Below are positions 12,499 through 13,200 of a stretch of 13,200 nt of DNA, one piece after another. Made by a program: the position numbers and the translations under genes. Source of the stretch: Bacterioplanes sp. (GTDB lineage Bacteria; Pseudomonadota; Gammaproteobacteria; Pseudomonadales; Oceanobacteraceae); contig JACUUC010000046.1 in NCBI GenBank assembly GCA_014859445.1, forward strand, positions 1 through 13,200. Direction: 5' to 3'. The notes beneath the pieces are model-generated. The model was given only the letters and a program-made list of their open reading frames with translations. It was not told where the DNA came from and did not search any database. Numbering within the stretch: position 1 is the stretch's first letter; every line of letters starts with the position of its first letter.

Positions 12499-13200
12499 AT
12501 GGAATTTACCGCCATCCCACTGGCACTGATAGCAGGCGTGCTGAGCCTGTTATCACCTTGCGTTCTGCCGATGATACCGGCGGTTACGGCATCGGCCATG
12601 CGGGCATCCAAAACCGGTGTCTGGTTTTTGGCTGCTGGCCTCGCCTTTACCTTTGCTCTGGGTGGCTCTTTGCTGACCTACCTGCTGCTCAGCGCCGGTT
12701 TATCGCCCGATATTATGCGTACCTTTGCCGCAGTCTTTATGCTGGTGATGGGGTTGGTGCTGGTGGTTGGCTGGCTGAATCAGCAATTTAGTCTGCTGTT
12801 GTCACGCCTGACTAGCCGGTTACCTGCTGGCGGCCAGTTGGCAGACTCCTCAGACCGCCCAGTCTTTCAGTTTGTGATCGGTGGCTCTTTGGGCCTGGTC
12901 TGGCTACCGTGCGTAGGACCCACGCTAGGTGCTGCCATTGCGCTGGCATCGACCGGGCAGAATATTCTGATGTCGTTTACCGTCATGCTTGCTTTTGGAC
13001 TTGGTACAGCGCTGCCTTTAGTTGGTATAGGCTATGCCGCAGGCACAAAACTCAGCACCCTTCGCACTTCAGGCAAAGTTGGCAGATTGCTGCTCGGCTA
13101 TGCGTTATTACTGATCGCACTAATGATATTTACCGGCTTTGACAAAGTGATGGAGACGTGGGCTATTAAGCATCTTCCAGACTGGGCAACGACCATATAA
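12499..13200 (+). CDS. ccdA: CcdA/DsbD-family transmembrane thiol-disulfide electron transporter
   Basis: 233 aa and polytopic. The two hallmark Cys-Pro motifs are LSLLSPCVLPMIP and WLPCVGPTLG. It starts 2 nt after the trx stop codon, and the complete ORF ends with TAA at 13198-13200. Confidence 0.85.
   Translation: MEFTAIPLALIAGVLSLLSPCVLPMIPAVTASAMRASKTGVWFLAAGLAFTFALGGSLLTYLLLSAGLSPDIMRTFAAVFMLVMGLVLVVGWLNQQFSLLLSRLTSRLPAGGQLADSSDRPVFQFVIGGSLGLVWLPCVGPTLGAAIALASTGQNILMSFTVMLAFGLGTALPLVGIGYAAGTKLSTLRTSGKVGRLLLGYALLLIALMIFTGFDKVMETWAIKHLPDWATTI

Noticed and set aside
1-13200. Search for mobile elements, CRISPR arrays, tRNA/rRNA genes, phage or defence genes.
   Set aside because: I saw no transposase, integrase or recombinase ORF, no terminal inverted repeats, and no regularly spaced repeat array. 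I also saw no cloverleaf-capable conserved tRNA segments and no nuclease/ATPase defence-type ORFs. The region looks like ordinary chromosome rather than an island.

Overview
Densely coding 13.2 kb segment of about 50% GC, apparently chromosomal proteobacterial DNA (probably gammaproteobacterial, judged only from gene style). I found no rRNA, tRNA, CRISPR array, IS or integrase. Layout, left to right:

1. A hairpin/T-run terminator and a full-length fadE-type acyl-CoA dehydrogenase (-).
2. A small stand-alone ORF (+) that looks like the C-terminal coiled-coil of valyl-tRNA synthetase.
3. A six-gene minus-strand operon (7663->3086), mostly with overlapping stop/start codons. It encodes a 150-aa unknown protein, an HD-GYP phosphodiesterase with a C-terminal 4-Cys zinc ribbon, an NrtS-like 82-aa membrane protein, a DinB-fold protein, an NRDE(TANGO2-like)::lysophospholipid-acyltransferase fusion, and an OlsB/GlsB-like GNAT N-acyltransferase. 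The last two look like an aminolipid synthesis pair.
4. A divergent cupin/AraC-family regulator (+).
5. A minus-strand RiPP operon (11844->8675): DUF2282/BufA1-type Cys-containing secreted precursor, DUF692 (MbnB-like MNIO oxidase), DUF2063 partner, DoxX, plus an extra peroxiredoxin-like gene.
6. A divergent secreted thioredoxin plus CcdA/DsbD-type membrane electron transporter pair (+).

The most notable sequence-level observation is a 12-13 nt motif, ACCAAAACACCG(G), extendable to 18/20 identity. It occurs three times in the bufA/trx intergenic region and again as a direct-repeat pair at the 5' end of the AraC gene. The repeat spacing is 21 bp at both loci, and the orientation relative to the downstream operon is the same in all three cases. 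This suggests the lipid/c-di-GMP operon, the metallophore operon and the trx-ccdA pair form one regulon. All functional calls rest on remembered family signatures; no database search was possible.
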